Position numbers and translations under genes: made by a program. From contig OZ076414.1 in the NCBI GenBank assembly GCA_964187785.1, positions 20,398,001 through 20,462,000 on the forward strand: DNA of 64,000 nt, given 5' to 3'. Below the pieces are notes generated by a model. That model had not been told where the DNA came from. It made no database searches and worked only from the letters and a program-made list of their open reading frames with translations. Shown one piece after another: positions 24,001 to 39,700 of the stretch; positions within the stretch are counted from its first letter, which is position 1; every line of letters starts with the position of its first letter. The stretch comes from Amphiscolops sp. MND2022. Taxonomy: Eukaryota.

Positions 24001-24829
24001 TTTGTTGAGAGCTTCGTGGTGCTTTCATCACGATCTTGTTGGTGAAGCTGTGATCAGCCTGATAGATTGTAAACTGCTGATACTAAAAGATTTCAAAACA
24101 GGCGTTGGTATCAGTGAAGAATTGATTTTAAATGTTTTTCTAACAATCAAACTTGGTTACTGTTTTTTCAAAGGCAACTGATCGTAGAAATAGTTAAGCA
24201 TCGGATTTATATGGCACTGAAACAGGTATGTGTAAGTCACCAAAAGTGTGCAGTATCAAATGCAGGATGAGGCATCGTACAAACAAAGTGAGTATGAAAC
24301 ATCATCTGGCAGGTACTTGAACGTCCGAGGTTAATGATCACAATTCAACCGATCCTGCTTTGCAAGCAGTACGGCAAACCTTGAAAAGTTTCTGAAGTTT
24401 GGGGTTTGTTTGGAAAATTGTCTATCGTAAAGTTTGGAAATTTTTCTAGGTTCGTCAAGCAAGTTTTACCTGTTCTCGAAATTGAAACGTTTTTGCACTG
24501 TGTTCACAGCAAACGAAGGTTCGAATAACCTTTGCGTACTTCATATGCAGTTGCTGTTTGCAAAGAGTACAAACAATCTAGTGAATCAAACCTGAAGGCT
24601 TGAGGCATTTAGGAGTTTCACCGGTTATGTTGTTTTTTGTCATTCATCAACCTATTGCAGGAATACCACATTTATATGGATGTCACACTCCCCAAAAGGA
24701 GGAGGAAAGAAGAGACACCAAAGAAAAGGAACAACAAATATGGTAAAATATTTCTCCTAATTCAGACAATTCATTGAGAAGAAGTCACTAGGTTATGTTT
24801 CGTCTTTCTGCCTAATTGAAGCAACAAAT

Positions 24830-27720
24830 TAACTCACAACCTTCCTTTTGATGTCGACCAATTCCTAAGATTATCCAAAATCTTGTTGGATATTGTCCAT
24901 TGCGGCGTTAGAATGTAGTTTAAGATTATCAGCGCAGAGAAAATGATGGCAACAATTGAGATTTTCCTCAAGCTCATATACATGCAAAAAAAAAGAAGTG
25001 GACCGAGTACACTTCCCTGCTTTACTCCAGAGGTGACAGCACGAGGTTTGGATAGAAAGTTGTTGATACTAAGGCATTGAGTTCTGTTAGTCAAATAAAA
25101 ATCAAGTAATTGAAGGAAGCAATTGTCACGATTGTAGACAGTTTGAAGTTTGGACAAAAATTTATCATGTGGAAAACTATCGAAAGCTTTACGTAAGTCA
25201 AAATAAAGAATGGATAGGTTAAACTGTCTATTATCGTTGTACTGATGCAAGAGATCGAAATATTCGAGACGTTGCGTTACTGTACTTCTACCTCGAGGGA
25301 AACCATTTTGATATCGTGATATAAGATACCGGGAGGAAATACGAAAACAGGTGACAACTTATGGAGGACGCAAATAGGTCGGTAGTTGCCAACATGATGC
25401 TTTGCATCAGATTGATGACTAGGTGTAACCCAGGACTATTTTCAATTATCTTCATTTCAAATAAAGAATCCCCAGAAACAAATGATGTACTGAAGTTTGA
25501 GAATCTCGCAACCACGCTTCTGTACAAAATTAGGAAGTATGTCTTATGCAAAAGAGGACGTGTCAGGACATTGAGACAACTGTTTATAAACATCGTTTTG
25601 CGTCAGGAATAATTCAGATAAACGAATGGTCGGATTCTTAATATTATTAGGAGTAGATTGTACCGAAAAATTATGCTTTGTAGAATAAACCGAACTGAAG
25701 TTTTCAATGATGAGCTCAGTAACAGATTCTGGTCCATGTGCAGACTTTTTACTCCAGTAGTTTAAATTGGGTATGTTTTTGAAATATTTGAATGAACGAA
25801 GCAAAAAACACTGCGATTTTGTCACAAGAGTAGATCCATTAACGTAGGCAAAGGCAAGTTTGTCAAGTTCTATTGAATGATCAAGGTTGATAGAAAAGTG
25901 ATCATTTCAAGTGACTCATGAAGAGACCAACTCTTGGAGATTTTTCTTCGTGACGTGTTTCTCATATTTATCAAGTGCATAGTATGCGATGAGTGATAAA
26001 CAAGGAGCGTAACTCTTCTGGAGTGTTTGATTGGGTTAAAGTCATATATTGACTGAGTAAATAACGCAAAGCAATTCGCGAGGTGGTCCTCATCGTAGGT
26101 GAGGCATGAAGAAATAAAACTGTAAAGCAAAGAAAAATTAGAATTGAGTGTGCCAAGGTGGACAAAAGATTTGAAGAAGCAGATAGAGACATCATCAGCA
26201 GGTAGGTGATCAACTGTGATGAAAAATAGTAATGAAAAGTGATCAAAAAAAGACCTCGGTAAAGTTATATAAGTAGTGTCATCCGAATTGGTAATGAGAA
26301 GATCTAATGCATTACCAGAGATGTGAGTAGGACCTCTCACCATTTGAATCAGCTCAAGCGATTCTAGTAGTTGGAGGTTGGAGAAAACAAAAATCATTAG
26401 TTTTCTGACCAACTAGTTCTTCCCAATTGGTACCTGGATAATTGAAGTCCCCAATAACAAAGATTTCACAACAACAATTGAAAGAGTTTCGGAGAGTTTT
26501 CGGAACTTATCAATGTACTTCTTAATTGGTGAATGAATATCATCAACGAGAATTTCACTGTCTGGTTTAACCGCGGGTTTATAAAATAAAATAACAAGCT
26601 TCATGTGATTCGGTGACTCGAGATATCAGCATCTGCTGAAGACAAATTTATCATAAAAAATATATAAATTATGGAATATTGATTCATCGTTTTGGCTTAG
26701 ATAGTTAATCCACTATGCTGATTTTTCAACCGGTCTTTTCTAGAAACTACTTTGATCTAAGAGTTACGAACAATGTTCTTTGTTCATAATGTCATCGGAT
26801 AACAAGCTTCCTGTTCTAAATGTCAATATTAAAAATTGTCAGTAGCTTGCGAAGGCTAATTACCCGTTGCACATTGATGAGTGATTGGCAGTTTAGAATG
26901 AGACCAGACAGTAAGGTTGATTATCAAGTTGCAGGAAGCTCGACAAGTGAGTTTCTATAAAAGAGCTGTAAATTGTTATTTCGGAATGCGGCTTCGGAGA
27001 ATCCTACTTCAGTCTACTTTTTGTATTGTAGTGCTTGAATCTTTCTCTCAATTTCTCTTTCAGCACTAGATAAATATTGCTTAAGGTAAACTGAATGTTC
27101 GAAGTCTTTTAGTAAGTAAGTTTTAGCGAACAGGTTTTGCAGAGTCCACTCAAAAATAAATTCAACAAGTAATGGTCTGGGGTGGTTGCGTCCTCTAGAA
27201 GTCGTTTCACACTAGAAAGTTTATCCTCAGTATTTACACCGATGTGGTTGAAAACTTTGTTCAGCTGAACAAAGTCCGATTAAATTTGCTTGTACAAAGT
27301 GGTTTGATCATCAGGAATACCGTTGACAACCATGAAAAACTCATCTGAAGACGAGTTGTTTTTGCAGAGGTTGTGAGGCGAGAGACTGAGTGAGAACTTG
27401 TATCTGTTTATTGACAACTTTCGGAAGTACTTTTTCAACACATTCAGTGACTACTGACTTGTCTATAACAGGATGAGAATCATCTTCATGCTTTTTCATT
27501 TCGAGACAAGAATCACAAATAGAAAGAAGATGCCCGTCTTTTATTAGGACAAGGCACTCTGAAGGCAAAGACGAGCAACCATCATGATACCAAAGTTATC
27601 AAAAGTCACACTCCACCCATTGTGTTCCATCATCATTTGATTTCTTACATTTGGTACATTAGAAGCTGTCATCACTCGTTGAATTATCACCTCTGAAGTT
27701 AGGACCCATCATTTGTGAGA
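24830..27720 (-). mobile_element. CR1-type LINE, decayed, related to the intact copy at 59.6-63.5 kb
   Basis: ORF1 PHD remnant (C..C..VECD..WYHDGC..ICDSC) and VYLKQYLSSAER tail; ORF2 remnants PTHISGNALDLLIT, YFDLRKAFDS, GVKQGSVLGPLLF. Confidence 0.85.
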
Positions 27721-28249
27721 TGACAATACACAGAAATGAAATTATTTGATTCGTTTATCACATCAATTAGGCATTTAGTGTGCCGCCTTGAACCTTAACC
27801 CCTGTTTTGTGTCATATTTTATTTTGCACAAATAACCTTTCGAGAATCCATTCTTTATTCAGCTATTTTAGCTGGAAAAGACACACAACTTCAATGCTGA
27901 TAAGACGAGATTAACGTCCAGAATCGGAAATGACATACTAAGTTGACGTGAACAACGTCTGAATCTCCAGAGGTTATTCCCAAAAAAAAGATTGTTTTAG
28001 ACGTCGTTGTTCCCGTTTTTGATTTAGACGTTTTTCCGTAGACGTTGTTTCCGCTCACGGTTTGAAAAAATGGAAAAATTATTTGTTTTAAATTAAATTG
28101 TTAAGAAATAAACAAAATACATTCCTTTTTACTTTTGTGCAGTACAATATATTCATTTTTTGTTCCATTGTATTTGTAGTTTTGTTCCTCATGTCTCGGC
28201 CAACTGTTATATAGTATTTGGATTTAATTACAAGTGTGGAAAAATCGAT

Positions 28250-30485
28250 TCAGTTAGTTCGGTAAAACTAATGATTGATATGAATCCGGCGATCCTACGC
28301 GTCTTCATCGTTCTTAGACCGTTGCTGAAACTGATGAATCTATCAAGTGTGAAACATGTGGCTACTGGGCCCATCTCAACTGTACCAAAATCCCCCCTGA
28401 AGCGCTGACATATTGACCACGGAGGGAGTTTTCTGGTTCTGCAACGAATTCAGTAAAACTGTAAAAAGAGAGTGAAGATGAAGTCTTAATCAGACACTGA
28501 ATTCAGAGAGAAAGTCAACAGAAGCTTGGCGGAGGTCAAATTATCACTGCAAAAACTCGAAGCTAAGTAGCAATCCAATTTACCTAAACCTGCTAATTCT
28601 AAAACTGACGTCAAACATGTAGAGAAAAAATATGCAACTACCGATACTAATCTAGAGATATAAAGTCCTGGAGTTCCAGAATATAGCTCAGAGTCGGATA
28701 CGAAGTTCGCAGATGCAATGCAACACCAAGTTTGCGAATCAATGAACTTTTTGGTTTTTCTTTCACCAAGACGAAAACGTCATCACAAAGTTTGGGACGC
28801 TCGGGAAAATTAATTAAAACTGCATCGGGACCCAGACCAATATTGATAACTTTCAACATCCATTGGACTGTGGAAAAGCTACTGGCTAGTGCTTTCAGAC
28901 TGAAAAGCTACGATGAACAAAACAAAAGCAACATTTTCTTGAACTGCTCCATAAACAAAGATGAACAAAAAAGAAACCTCGTCTGAATAATAGAGATTCA
29001 CTCATTCAACAAGGTTACATTGAGGGAAAACTAAAGATTTTCTTAAGAATCCCAACCTATTCTACGTTGGAAGAGAAATCGATACCACACAACGATTAAC
29101 AACAACTCATAAACAGTATACGAGATCTTTTACCATCAACATTAGAAGCATGATAACCCGTGAAAGAAGACTTATATTCTGCAAAGATTGTAGCTATCAA
29201 AAACTCGGATTTTTTCATGCTGACAGAAACATGGTTACATACTTCAATCTTAGATGGTGATTTTTTTCTTCCGGAATATAAATTCCACAGGTCAGAGCAA
29301 CTGGCTATACTAAATGTCTCAAAACGTGGAGGAGTCTTGATAGCAGTGCGATCTTAGTTCGACAGCACAAAAATCAATCTTGACACAGAAATACTCGGAG
29401 CTAAAGTCGCTTGCTCGGTAACTTACCTAAATTCTAATATTCTTTTATTATGTTTCTACTATTCCTACATTGTAAAAATTGTGTTACCTACATTATAAAA
29501 AGGCTCAAAGTCTGACGTAGAAAACTCCAGCATATTTCCTTACTATGCATGCATTGTGTCTAAAATATTCGAACGTATCTTTGTCAACGTCTCAACTTTT
29601 ATCTCGGTTGCGGTACAAAAATGCTGTAAAAATTGCAGTACAAACTGACTTATCACGGGTCAAAAGGTAGAGTGATTATCATGGTCTTCCATTGAATACT
29701 GGAAAATGTCACGACCCATCCCTTTTTAACAATAACACCGAATACTTCTTCGCAAAGTCACCTTATCTGAAAACAGACTGCCAGAGAGGGTGAGGTTTTT
29801 TTGGATCGAGTTTTTGTGTGAGCGAAAAGCGAGATCGAAAATGGATTGAAAGTTTTGAGATCGAATTGTTCAGTTTTTGCTATGTTTTCGCTCCTGCAAT
29901 GCGTTTAAATGCGTGTAAAAGATTTTAGGTACGTTTCTCCACCTAATATGTAGCCATATACGGTGTATGCACGCTCGCGCTCACCGTCACAAAGACCAGC
30001 TCCCACAACGGTCGCTTCGCGATCTCCGTTCCCGCTAGGTCTTTGCTCCTGTACGACCTCGCTTTGCACGAAGGGAACATAAGCAGCCCCAAGGGGCTGC
30101 GGGGCAATAGGAGAAAAGGGGGCATATCCGACGGCCAAAAACATAGTTATTTGATACTGCGAGATGTTTGAAATCATTGATTCGATTTCATTTTCTTTGA
30201 CCGTTTCACTTCGACCTCGGTGACAGATTGCATAATCGCGCAAATTCATTAGATCCATACGCCCACCACCGCCAGACAGAGCTTGGAATTCTAGTCAGTA
30301 AAGATCTGAAATTGGGCCATCATATTGAAATCGCATGTAGCAAAGCGCTCTGTGTAATCTTCATGTGGAAAAGATGTTCTCCTAAGCAGTCTTTGGCCAC
30401 CAAATTGAACTTATATATGTCTATGGTTGTGCCATCTCTGTTTTATGTTAGTGTATGCTGGTTTGACAATGTTTCGAATAGCAAG
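28250..30485 (+). mobile_element. CR1-type LINE, decayed, 5' part (interrupted by a MITE and the Gypsy array)
   Basis: PHD remnant IKCETCGYWAHLNC, ORF1 tail PRPILITFN, APE motifs LTETWLH and RGGVLIAVRS, RT-downstream fragment LGILVSKDLK. Confidence 0.75.
29945..30140 (+). repeat. GC-rich structured cassette copy, within a GAGATCGAAA-repeat MITE-like insertion (about 29790-30265)
   Basis: Homologous to 52193-52380 (GATCGCTTCGCGATC-like and GCAGCCCCAAGGGGCTGC hairpins). Confidence 0.75.
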
Positions 30486-30796
30486 TGTGACAGGGCAAAA
30501 ACAAACTGTTAACGTGAAACAAGAAGCTAAAAGAAATACCCAATTAAGAAGAACAATGTGATTGACAAACTAAATTTAATTGAATGATTGATACAAACTG
30601 TACAACCAATTGTTATTGTTATTACTAGTACACAATAAGATAACACTACCAGTTAACATTATAGACCATTTCATAATGGGTCGAACCAGTTTGCCAAAAG
30701 GTCTAAACGGAAGTAGAGTGTTGCTTCTCCTTCTTTTCTAAAGAACCCAGAACAATCTTCCTAGCCGAATTATCAAACTGTCGCAACACTATAACA
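30486..30796 (+). repeat. Gypsy 5' LTR
   Basis: TG...CA, 311 bp, followed by the PBS. Confidence 0.92.
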
Positions 30797-33700
30797 TGGC
30801 GCTGCGCAGCGAATCCACGGGCATGAACCAACCATCAGCAATTGCAGTATTCCCCAATTATTGGGCGGACGCTTCCAAACCACCACAATTAGAGTGGGAA
30901 AAATGGATTGATCTTTTCGAAGTCGCACTAATGTCGAAAAACAATTTTTCAATTACAGAATTAACAAAAACAACAGAAGTCAAAGAAAAAAGTTTGATGG
31001 ATGATATTGAAGAGCCCACCGCCACAAAGAAGGCCATCAGTGTACTATTTCTTGCTCTGGGAATGGCAGCCAGAAAAACAATTGCAAATATGTTTCCAAA
31101 CACAAATATTGCGAGAATATCCCTGACAGATCTGTTGAAAAACTGTAAAGACTGCTTTGAGAAGCCCAAAAATGAGACATTAGATCGATACAAAATTCTG
31201 AGCCGCAAACAACATGAAGGTGAAACATTAAGACAGTTCTGGAACGAACTGAACGGACTCGCCGCAAAATGCAGTTTCGGAGGAATTACGGAAATCCTTC
31301 TGGAAGATGTATTTATTGTGAATATGACGAATAAAGAGGTACAGCAAACATTGTGCACTGAGCTCAAAACAACTGTACAAGAAAATACTGAGTTTGTAAT
31401 TGCTTACGAAGAAGGCACTATACGGCAAAAATCGTTCGACAAATTGGAGAAGATGAATGTAAAATCAGAAGTAGGCGAAAAAAATAACGTAAACCAAAGT
31501 GCAAATAAAAGATGGGGACCCACCAAGAAATGCTTCAGTTGCGAAGCTCCATTTGCAACACAACATTTAAAAGAATGCGAGGCGATGGGAATAACTTGCA
31601 TGAAATGTGGAAAAAAGGGCCACTTTGCGAAGTGTTGCCAAACCAAAGGAGCATGAAACTTTGCAAAAAGCCGAAAGTCATGAGACCCCTACATCAGCAA
31701 ATTCAGAGAATCGATGATTGGGATGAAAGTAGCAACGATTCCACAACCAAAGAAGATAAACTGGTGTTGACAATAGAAGGAGACGAAAATGGGCAGTTCA
31801 CGGTGTCAGGCACTATGAACGGAAACTCATTCAAAACAATGGAAGACTCGGGGTCACCCATCACAATATTTGAAAGAGACGAAATAAAGAAGATAATGCA
31901 GAGGAAAACCCTATTCATATGCGAACTACCGGAAGGCGAAGATTATATTGACTTCAATAAACGAAAATTGAATCTATTGGAATCTATTGTACTCTGTCAA
32001 CTAGACGTGGAGAAGAGCAAATTACAGAAGGCAAGAATATTGGTTGCAGCAAAGGGAGCAAAGTCATTGACTGGACGCGATTGGCTAACTGCCTTCAACT
32101 ACCAATTTGTCTCGCCCATTCTGAACGAAGGCACAAACGCTATTTAGAAAGTTACTACAAACTACTCACTACAAAGAAAAACAAACAAAACAAATAAGGC
32201 GGGTAAACAAACTGAATTAAATGAGAACAAGAATATTAACTAATACATAAAACTACAGAAAGAATTTAAAGAATTGTTTGAACGACCAGGAAAATTGATC
32301 GGACACGATGTAAAAATCGAGTTCAAAACAAACGCAAAAATAACACAACAAAAAGGCAGAAGAGTGCCTATTCAATTACAAGAGGCAGTAGAGGCAGAAA
32401 TTAATAGACTACTAGAAGAGAGCCACATAAAACGAATTACCGAAGTAACCGATAGGGAATTCATACAACCGGTGGTAATCTCCGTGAAAAGAGACAAAAG
32501 TGTGAAAATAGAACTTGACGCGAGAGCATTAAATAACGAGATTATTAAAGACAAATACCAAATGCCAAATTTTGAGCACTTAGTTGATATGGTGGCCGAA
32601 CAGCTAGATAAAGAAGGAAACGAACCAGCCTTCTACATGTCACTCGAAATGCACTATGCATATGGACAAGTCCAATTAGATAAAGAAACGGCTAAACATT
32701 GCAACTTTCAAATAGCCGGTGAGAAAGCCACCAGAACATACCGTTTCATTACCGGAATCTACGGATTAACGGTAATGCAAAACGAATTCCAAAAAGCTAT
32801 GGACATGGAACTATCAAATATACCCAACACGTATGTATTCCTTGACGATATCATGATAGTAACTAAAGGAAATCAAGAAACCCATTACAAAGCAGAACGG
32901 AAAATACCAACAAAGTTAAATGAGGCAAATATCAGACTAAAGTGGGAAAAATGCAAACTTGCACAAAGTGAAATCGAGAGGTTAGGGTATAAGTTAACAC
33001 AAACTGGAATCCAACCAATAAATACAAAAATACAGGCCGTAACAGATAAATTAAAACCAAAAGGGTTAAAAGAGTTGCGATCTTATCTAGGGGCAGTAAA
33101 CCAATTAAACAGGTTTATTCCAAATTTAGACAAACTATGTTACCCATTACGACTACCATTGAAATAAGACAATCCATGGAAATGGAACGAAACACACGAA
33201 AAATCATTCAATGAGATTTAAAAAAATATGAACCAAAAGTAACTGAATATAGGCCATTTTAAAAGAAGCAGCCCAATCCGGATTATTTGTGACGCTAGTA
33301 AATCTGGACTTGGAGCAGTATTACAGCAACAAGATGAATTAGGCTGGCGACCAATCCACTTCGCATCAAGGTTCCTAACAGCTTTGGAAGAAAAATATTC
33401 AATATACGAACTTGAATTGTTGGCCGTTGTCGGGTCAGTGGAACACTTCAAATATTACTGATTTAGCATTAAATTTCAAATAGTGTCGGACCACGAAGCG
33501 TTAGCAGAAGTTTTGAAAGGAAACAAAAACAACAAAACAAATTCAAGCCGATTAACACGCTGGGTAGACCGCCTGCTACCGTTTGAATTTGAAATATTCC
33601 ATGCACCAGGAAGAACAATTGGGTTCGCAGACTACTTGTCCAGACACCCTTCACAAATACACGGAGAAAGTAAAAAGGCAGACGAGTTGTGGAATAACTG

Positions 33701-36700
33701 GTTCAAAGTGAACCATGTAAAAAAATGTAATTAGCGTTTTAGCAAAAGAAGTAAACGAACCAATCAGAGGGCGTAGACGACAAAAATTACAAGGCGACGA
33801 TGAACGCAGCAAAATTACACAACTGCCACATTTATGTGAACAAACAGAACGCAAGCATTTTGCAAAGATGGGACAGGGCAGCTCTACAAACGCTTTAACA
33901 GGTACTGCACACTCCGCTCGATATTTAATCCAAAGCTAGAACTAGCAAATAAAATTGGTGAAAACATGTTAGCCTCAAGCTATCAGGATAGCGAAAACCT
34001 ACAAAAAATTATTGTCGTGATGAAAAACCCAACAAAAGGGAAAATTATAGCGCTAGACAGTCCATGGCGAGAAAAATTCTCGTTCCCTTCATTAGACAAA
34101 AACAACTTTCTATATCTTGATGACCGCTTAGTAATCCCAAAATTACTCCAATGCCCCATTAAAATCCCCTTACACTGGGGACACCCAGGTCGGGACCAAA
34201 TGCTCCGACAAATTGCTGACTTTTGGTGGCCAAAAATCCATCGGGACATCGTCCTACTTACAAAGACCTGTAAAAAATGCCAAGAAGCCGGTAAGTCAAT
34301 AAAACCTATATTAAGACAAAAACAATTTGGCAAATTACCTACCTCAAATAAAACAAATGAAGAAATTGCTATAGACTTCGCAAGCCCTTTCAAAGTCGCA
34401 AATAGCTCTAAAAAGTATTTAATTGTGTCAGGAGACTGTAAGACCGGCTGGCCAGATGCAAAATTACTTCGAACCCCAACAAATAACAAAGTAATTGAAT
34501 TCCTAACTAATTATATAGCAAACAACAACAGCATTCCCCGACAAATAAGAACGGACCCGGGGACAGCCTTCACCAGCAAGAAGTTTAAAGAAATATTTTA
34601 TAAAACATATAACCTACCCCATAACAGACCACAGGGGAAATGGAAAAGTCGAGAGGCTTATCAGAACAATAACCGAAATACCTAGGACCAATAAAAGAAT
34701 AGTACTACAAAAGGGTAACACCGAATTATCCGAATTATTATATACACTTAGAAGTACACCAAAAGTAACTAAAATAACACCCGCCGAACTACAACTTGGG
34801 CGAAAAATGACTACTGTAAAAGATATAATTACCACCAAACCTCAAACAATCTACACTGTTTCAGAAATGGACGACAAACTGGAATTGGAAATGAGCGATT
34901 TTCAGGCAGACCAAGACTCAGAAATCCTGGTCAGGGAACGGGTGAGGGAATCCAAACTCGTGAACGACTACAACTGAAACAAGGGCCAAATTACAATAGA
35001 AAGCCCGCGCACAGTCACGCTACAAGAACACAACAAACGGAAGACAACAACATACAGTAAAAGGGAGATAGCGAAAGCAAAAGAGCAAGAAGACATGAGA
35101 AAAGCAAAACAGCCACTTCACAGTGAAAAGCAGAAAACCACAAAAGTGAACAAGACAGCAGAGAACAAGCAACCAACGAAACAAAAACTAAAGAGAAATC
35201 CATCAGAATTCAAACGCTTAGCAAAATGGCAACATTTGCTACAGGAGTCAGAACATGAGGAACCAATCAAAAGAAAAGAACCCATAAAAGCGACGGTGAC
35301 ACGGGAGAAAGAGAAGATGAAAACAGAACCAGAAGAAGGAATTGAACAAGAACAAAGCAGTTCGACTATTGAGAGACCACAAACAATCCGAAATGCACCA
35401 AATACACAATAAGATAACACTACCAGTTAACATTATAGACCATTTCATAATGGGTCGAACCAGTTTGCCAAAAGGTCTAAACGGAAATAGAGTGTTGCTT
35501 CTCCTTCTTTTTTAAAGAACCCAGAACAATCTTCCTAGCCGAATTATCAAACTGTCGCAACACTATAACATGGCGCTGCGCAGCGAATCCACGGGCATGA
35601 ACCAACCATCAGCAATTGCAGTATTCCCCAATTATTGGGCGGACGCTTCCAAACCACCACAATTAGAGTGGGAAAAATGAATTGATCTTTTCGAAGTCGC
35701 ACTAATGTCGAAAAATAACTTTTCAATTACAGAATTAACAAAAACGACAGAAGTCAAAGGAAAAAGTTTGATGGATGATATTGAAGAGCCCACCGCCACA
35801 AAGAAGGCCATCAGTGTACTATTTCTTGCTCTGGGAATGGCAGCCAGAAAAACAATTGCAAATATGTTTCCAAACACAAATATTGCGAGAATATCCCTGA
35901 CAGATCTGTTGAAAAACTGTAAAGACTGCTTTGAGAAGCCCAAAAATGAGACATTAGATCGATACAAAATTCTGAGCCGCAAACAACAAGAAGGTGAAAC
36001 ATTAAGACAGTTCTGGAACAAACTGAACGGACTCGCCGCAAAATGCAGTCTCGGAGGAATTACGGAAATCCTTCTGGAAGATGTATTTATTATGAATATG
36101 ACGAATAAAGAGGTACAGCAAAAATTGTGCACTGAGCTCAAAACAACTGTACAAGAAAATACTGAGTTTGTAATTGCTTACGAAGAAGGCACTATACGGC
36201 AAAAATCGTTCGACAAATTGGAGAAGATGAATGTAAAATCAGAAGTAGGCGAAAAAAATAACGTAAACCAAAGTGCAAATAAAAGATGGGGACCCACCAA
36301 GAAATGCTTCAGTTGCGAAGCTCCATTTGCAACACAACATTTAAAAGAATGCGAGGCGATGGGAATAACTTGCATGAAATGTGGAAAAAAGGGCCACTTT
36401 GCGAAGTGTTGCCAAACCAAAGGAGCATGAAACTTTGCAAAAAGCCGAAAGTCATGAGACCCCTACATCAGCAAATTCAGAGAATCGATGATTGGGATGA
36501 AAGTAGCAACGATTCCACAACCAAAGAAGATAAACTGGTGTTGACAATAGAAGGAGACGAAAATGGGCAGTTCACGGTGTCAGGCACTATGAACGGAAAC
36601 TCATTCAAAACAATGGAAGACTCGGGGTCACCCGTCACAATAATTGAAAGAGACGAAATAATGAAGATAATGCAGAGGAAAACCCTATTCATATGCGAAC

Positions 36701-39700
36701 TACCGGAAGGCGAAGATTATATAGACTTCAATAAACGAAAACTCAATCTATTGGAATCTATTGTATTCTGTCAACTAGACGTGGAGAAGAGCAAATTACA
36801 GAAGGCAAGAATATTGGTTGCAGCAAAGAGAGCAAAGTCATTGACTGGACGCGATTGGCTAACTGCCTTCAACTACCAATTTGTCTCGCCCATTCTGAAC
36901 GAAGGCACAAACGCTATTTATAAAGTTACTACAAACTACTAACTACAAAGAAAAACAAATAAAACAAATAAGGCGGGTAAACAAACTGAATTAAATGAGA
37001 ACAAGAATATTAACTAATACATAAAAGTACAGAAAGAATTTAAAGAATTGTTTGAACGACCAGGAAAATTGATCGGACACGATGTAAAAATCGAGTTCAA
37101 AACAAACGCAAAAATAACACAACAAAAAGGCAGAAGAGTGCCTATTCAATTACAAGAGGCAGTAGAGGCAGAAATTAATAGACTACTAGAAGAGAGCCAC
37201 ATAAAACGAATTACGGAAGTAACCGATAGGGAATTCATACAACCGGTGGTAATCTCCGTGAAAAGAGACAAAAGTGTGAAAATAGAACTTGACGCGAGAG
37301 CTTTATTTAACGAGATTATTAAAGACAAATACCAAATGCCAAATTTTGAGCACTTAGTTGATATGGTGGCCAAACAGCTAGATAAAGAAGGAAACGAAGC
37401 AGCCTTCTACATGTCACTCGAAATGCACTATGCATATGGACAAGTCCAATTAGATTAAGAAACGGCTAAACATTGCAACTTTCAAATAGCCGGTGAGAAA
37501 CCACCAGAACATACCGTTTCATTACCGGAATCTACGGATTAACGGTAATGCAAACCGAATTTCAAAAAGCTATGGACATGGAACTATCAAATATACCCAA
37601 CACGTATGTATTTCTTGACGATATCATGATAGTAACTAAAGGAAATCAAGAAACCCATTACAAAGCAGAACGGAAAATACCAACAAAGTTAAATGAGGCA
37701 AATATCAGACTAAAGTGGGAAAAATGCAAACTTGCACAAAGTGAAATCGAGAGGTTAGGGTATAAGTAAACACAAACTGGAATCCAACCAATAAATACAA
37801 AAATACAGGCCGTAACAGATAAATTAAAACCAAAAGGGTTAAAAGAGTTGCGATCTTATCTAGGGGCAGTAAACCAATTAAACAGGTTTATTCCAAATTT
37901 AGACAAACTATGTTTCCCATTACGACTACCATTGAAATAAGACAATCCATGGAAATGGAACGAAACACACGAAAAATCATTCAATGAGATTTAAAAAAGT
38001 ATGAACAAAAAGTAACTGAATATGGGCCATTTTAAAAGAAGCAGCCCAATCCGGATTATTTGTGACGCTAGTAAATCTGGACTTGGAGCAGTATTACAGC
38101 AACAAGATGAATTAGGCTGGCGACCAATCCACTTCGCATCAAGGTTCCTAACAGCTTTGGAAGAAAAATAATCAATATACGAACTTGAATTGTTGGCCGT
38201 TGTCGGGTCAGTGGAACACTTCAAATATTACTGATATAGCATTAAATTTCGAATAGTGTCGGACCACGAAGCGTTAGCAGAAGTTTTGAAAGGAAACAAA
38301 AACAACAAAACAAATTCAAGCCGATTAACACGCTGGGTAGACCGCCTGCTGCCGTTTGAATTTGAAATATTCCATGCACCAGGAAGAACAATTGGGTTCG
38401 CAGACTACTTGTCCAGACACCCTTCACAAACACACGGAGAAAGTAAAAAGGCAGACGAGTTGTGGAATAACTGGTTCAAAGTGAACCATGTAAAAAAATG
38501 TAATTAGCGTTTTAGCAAAAGAAGTAAACGAACCAATCAGAGGGCGTAGACGGCAAAAATTACAAGGCGACGATGAACGCAGCAAAATTACACAACTGCC
38601 ACATTTATGTGAACAAACAGAACGCAAGCATTTTGCAAAGATGGGACAGGGCAGCTCTACAAACGCTTTAACAGGTACTGCACACTCCGCTCGATATTTA
38701 ATCCAAAGCTAGAACTAGCAAATAAAATTGGTGAAAACATGTTAGCCTCAAGCTATCAGGATAGCGAAAACCTACAAAAAATTATTGTCGTGATGAAAAA
38801 TCCAACAAAAGGGAAAATTATAGCGCTAGACAGTCCATGGCGAGAAAGATTCTCGTTCCCTTCATTAGACAAAAACAACTTTCTATATCTTGATGACCGC
38901 TTAGTAATCCCAAAATTACTCCAATGCCCCATTAAAATCCCCTTACACTGGGGACACCCATGTCGGGACCAAATGCTCCGACAAATTGCTGACTTTTGGT
39001 GGCCAAAAATCCATCGGGACATCGTCCTACTTACAAAGACCTGTAAAAAATGCCAAGAAGTCGGTAAGTCAATAAAACCTCTATTAAGACAAAAACAATT
39101 TGGCAAGTTACCTACCTCAAATAAAACAAATGAAGAAATTGCTATAGACTTCGCAAGCCCTTTCAAAGTCGCAAATAGCTCCAAAAAGTATTTAATTGTG
39201 TCAGGAGACTGTAAGACCGGCTGGCCAGATGCAAAATTACTTCGAACCCCAACAACTAACAAAGTAATTGAATTCCTAACTAATTATATAGCAAACAACA
39301 ACAGCATTCCACGACAAATAAGAACGGACCCGGGGACAGCCTTCACCAGCAAGAAGTTTAAAGAAATATTTTATAAAACATATAACCTACCCCATAACAG
39401 ACCACAGCGGAAATGGAAAAGTCGAGAGGCTTATCAGAACAATAACCGAAATACCTAGGACCAATAAAAGAATAGTACTACAAAAGGGTATCACCGAATT
39501 ATCCGAATTATTATATACACTTAGAAGTACACCAAAAGTAAATAAAATAACACCCGCCGAACTACAACTTGGGCGAAAAATGACTACTGTAAAAGATATA
39601 ATTACCACCAAACCTCAAACAATCTACACTGTTTCAGAACTGGACGACAGACTGGAATTGGAAATGAGCGATTTTCAGGCAGACCAAGACTCAGAAATCC

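Noticed and set aside
27940-28062. Possible MITE with GACGTT repeats
   Set aside because: Inverted repeats are suggestive, but I could not define ends or a TSD.
30796-30822. ATG at 30796 as the gag start
   Set aside because: It is formed by the LTR-terminal A plus the PBS TG. The next ATG at about 30823 (MNQPS) is the more plausible start.
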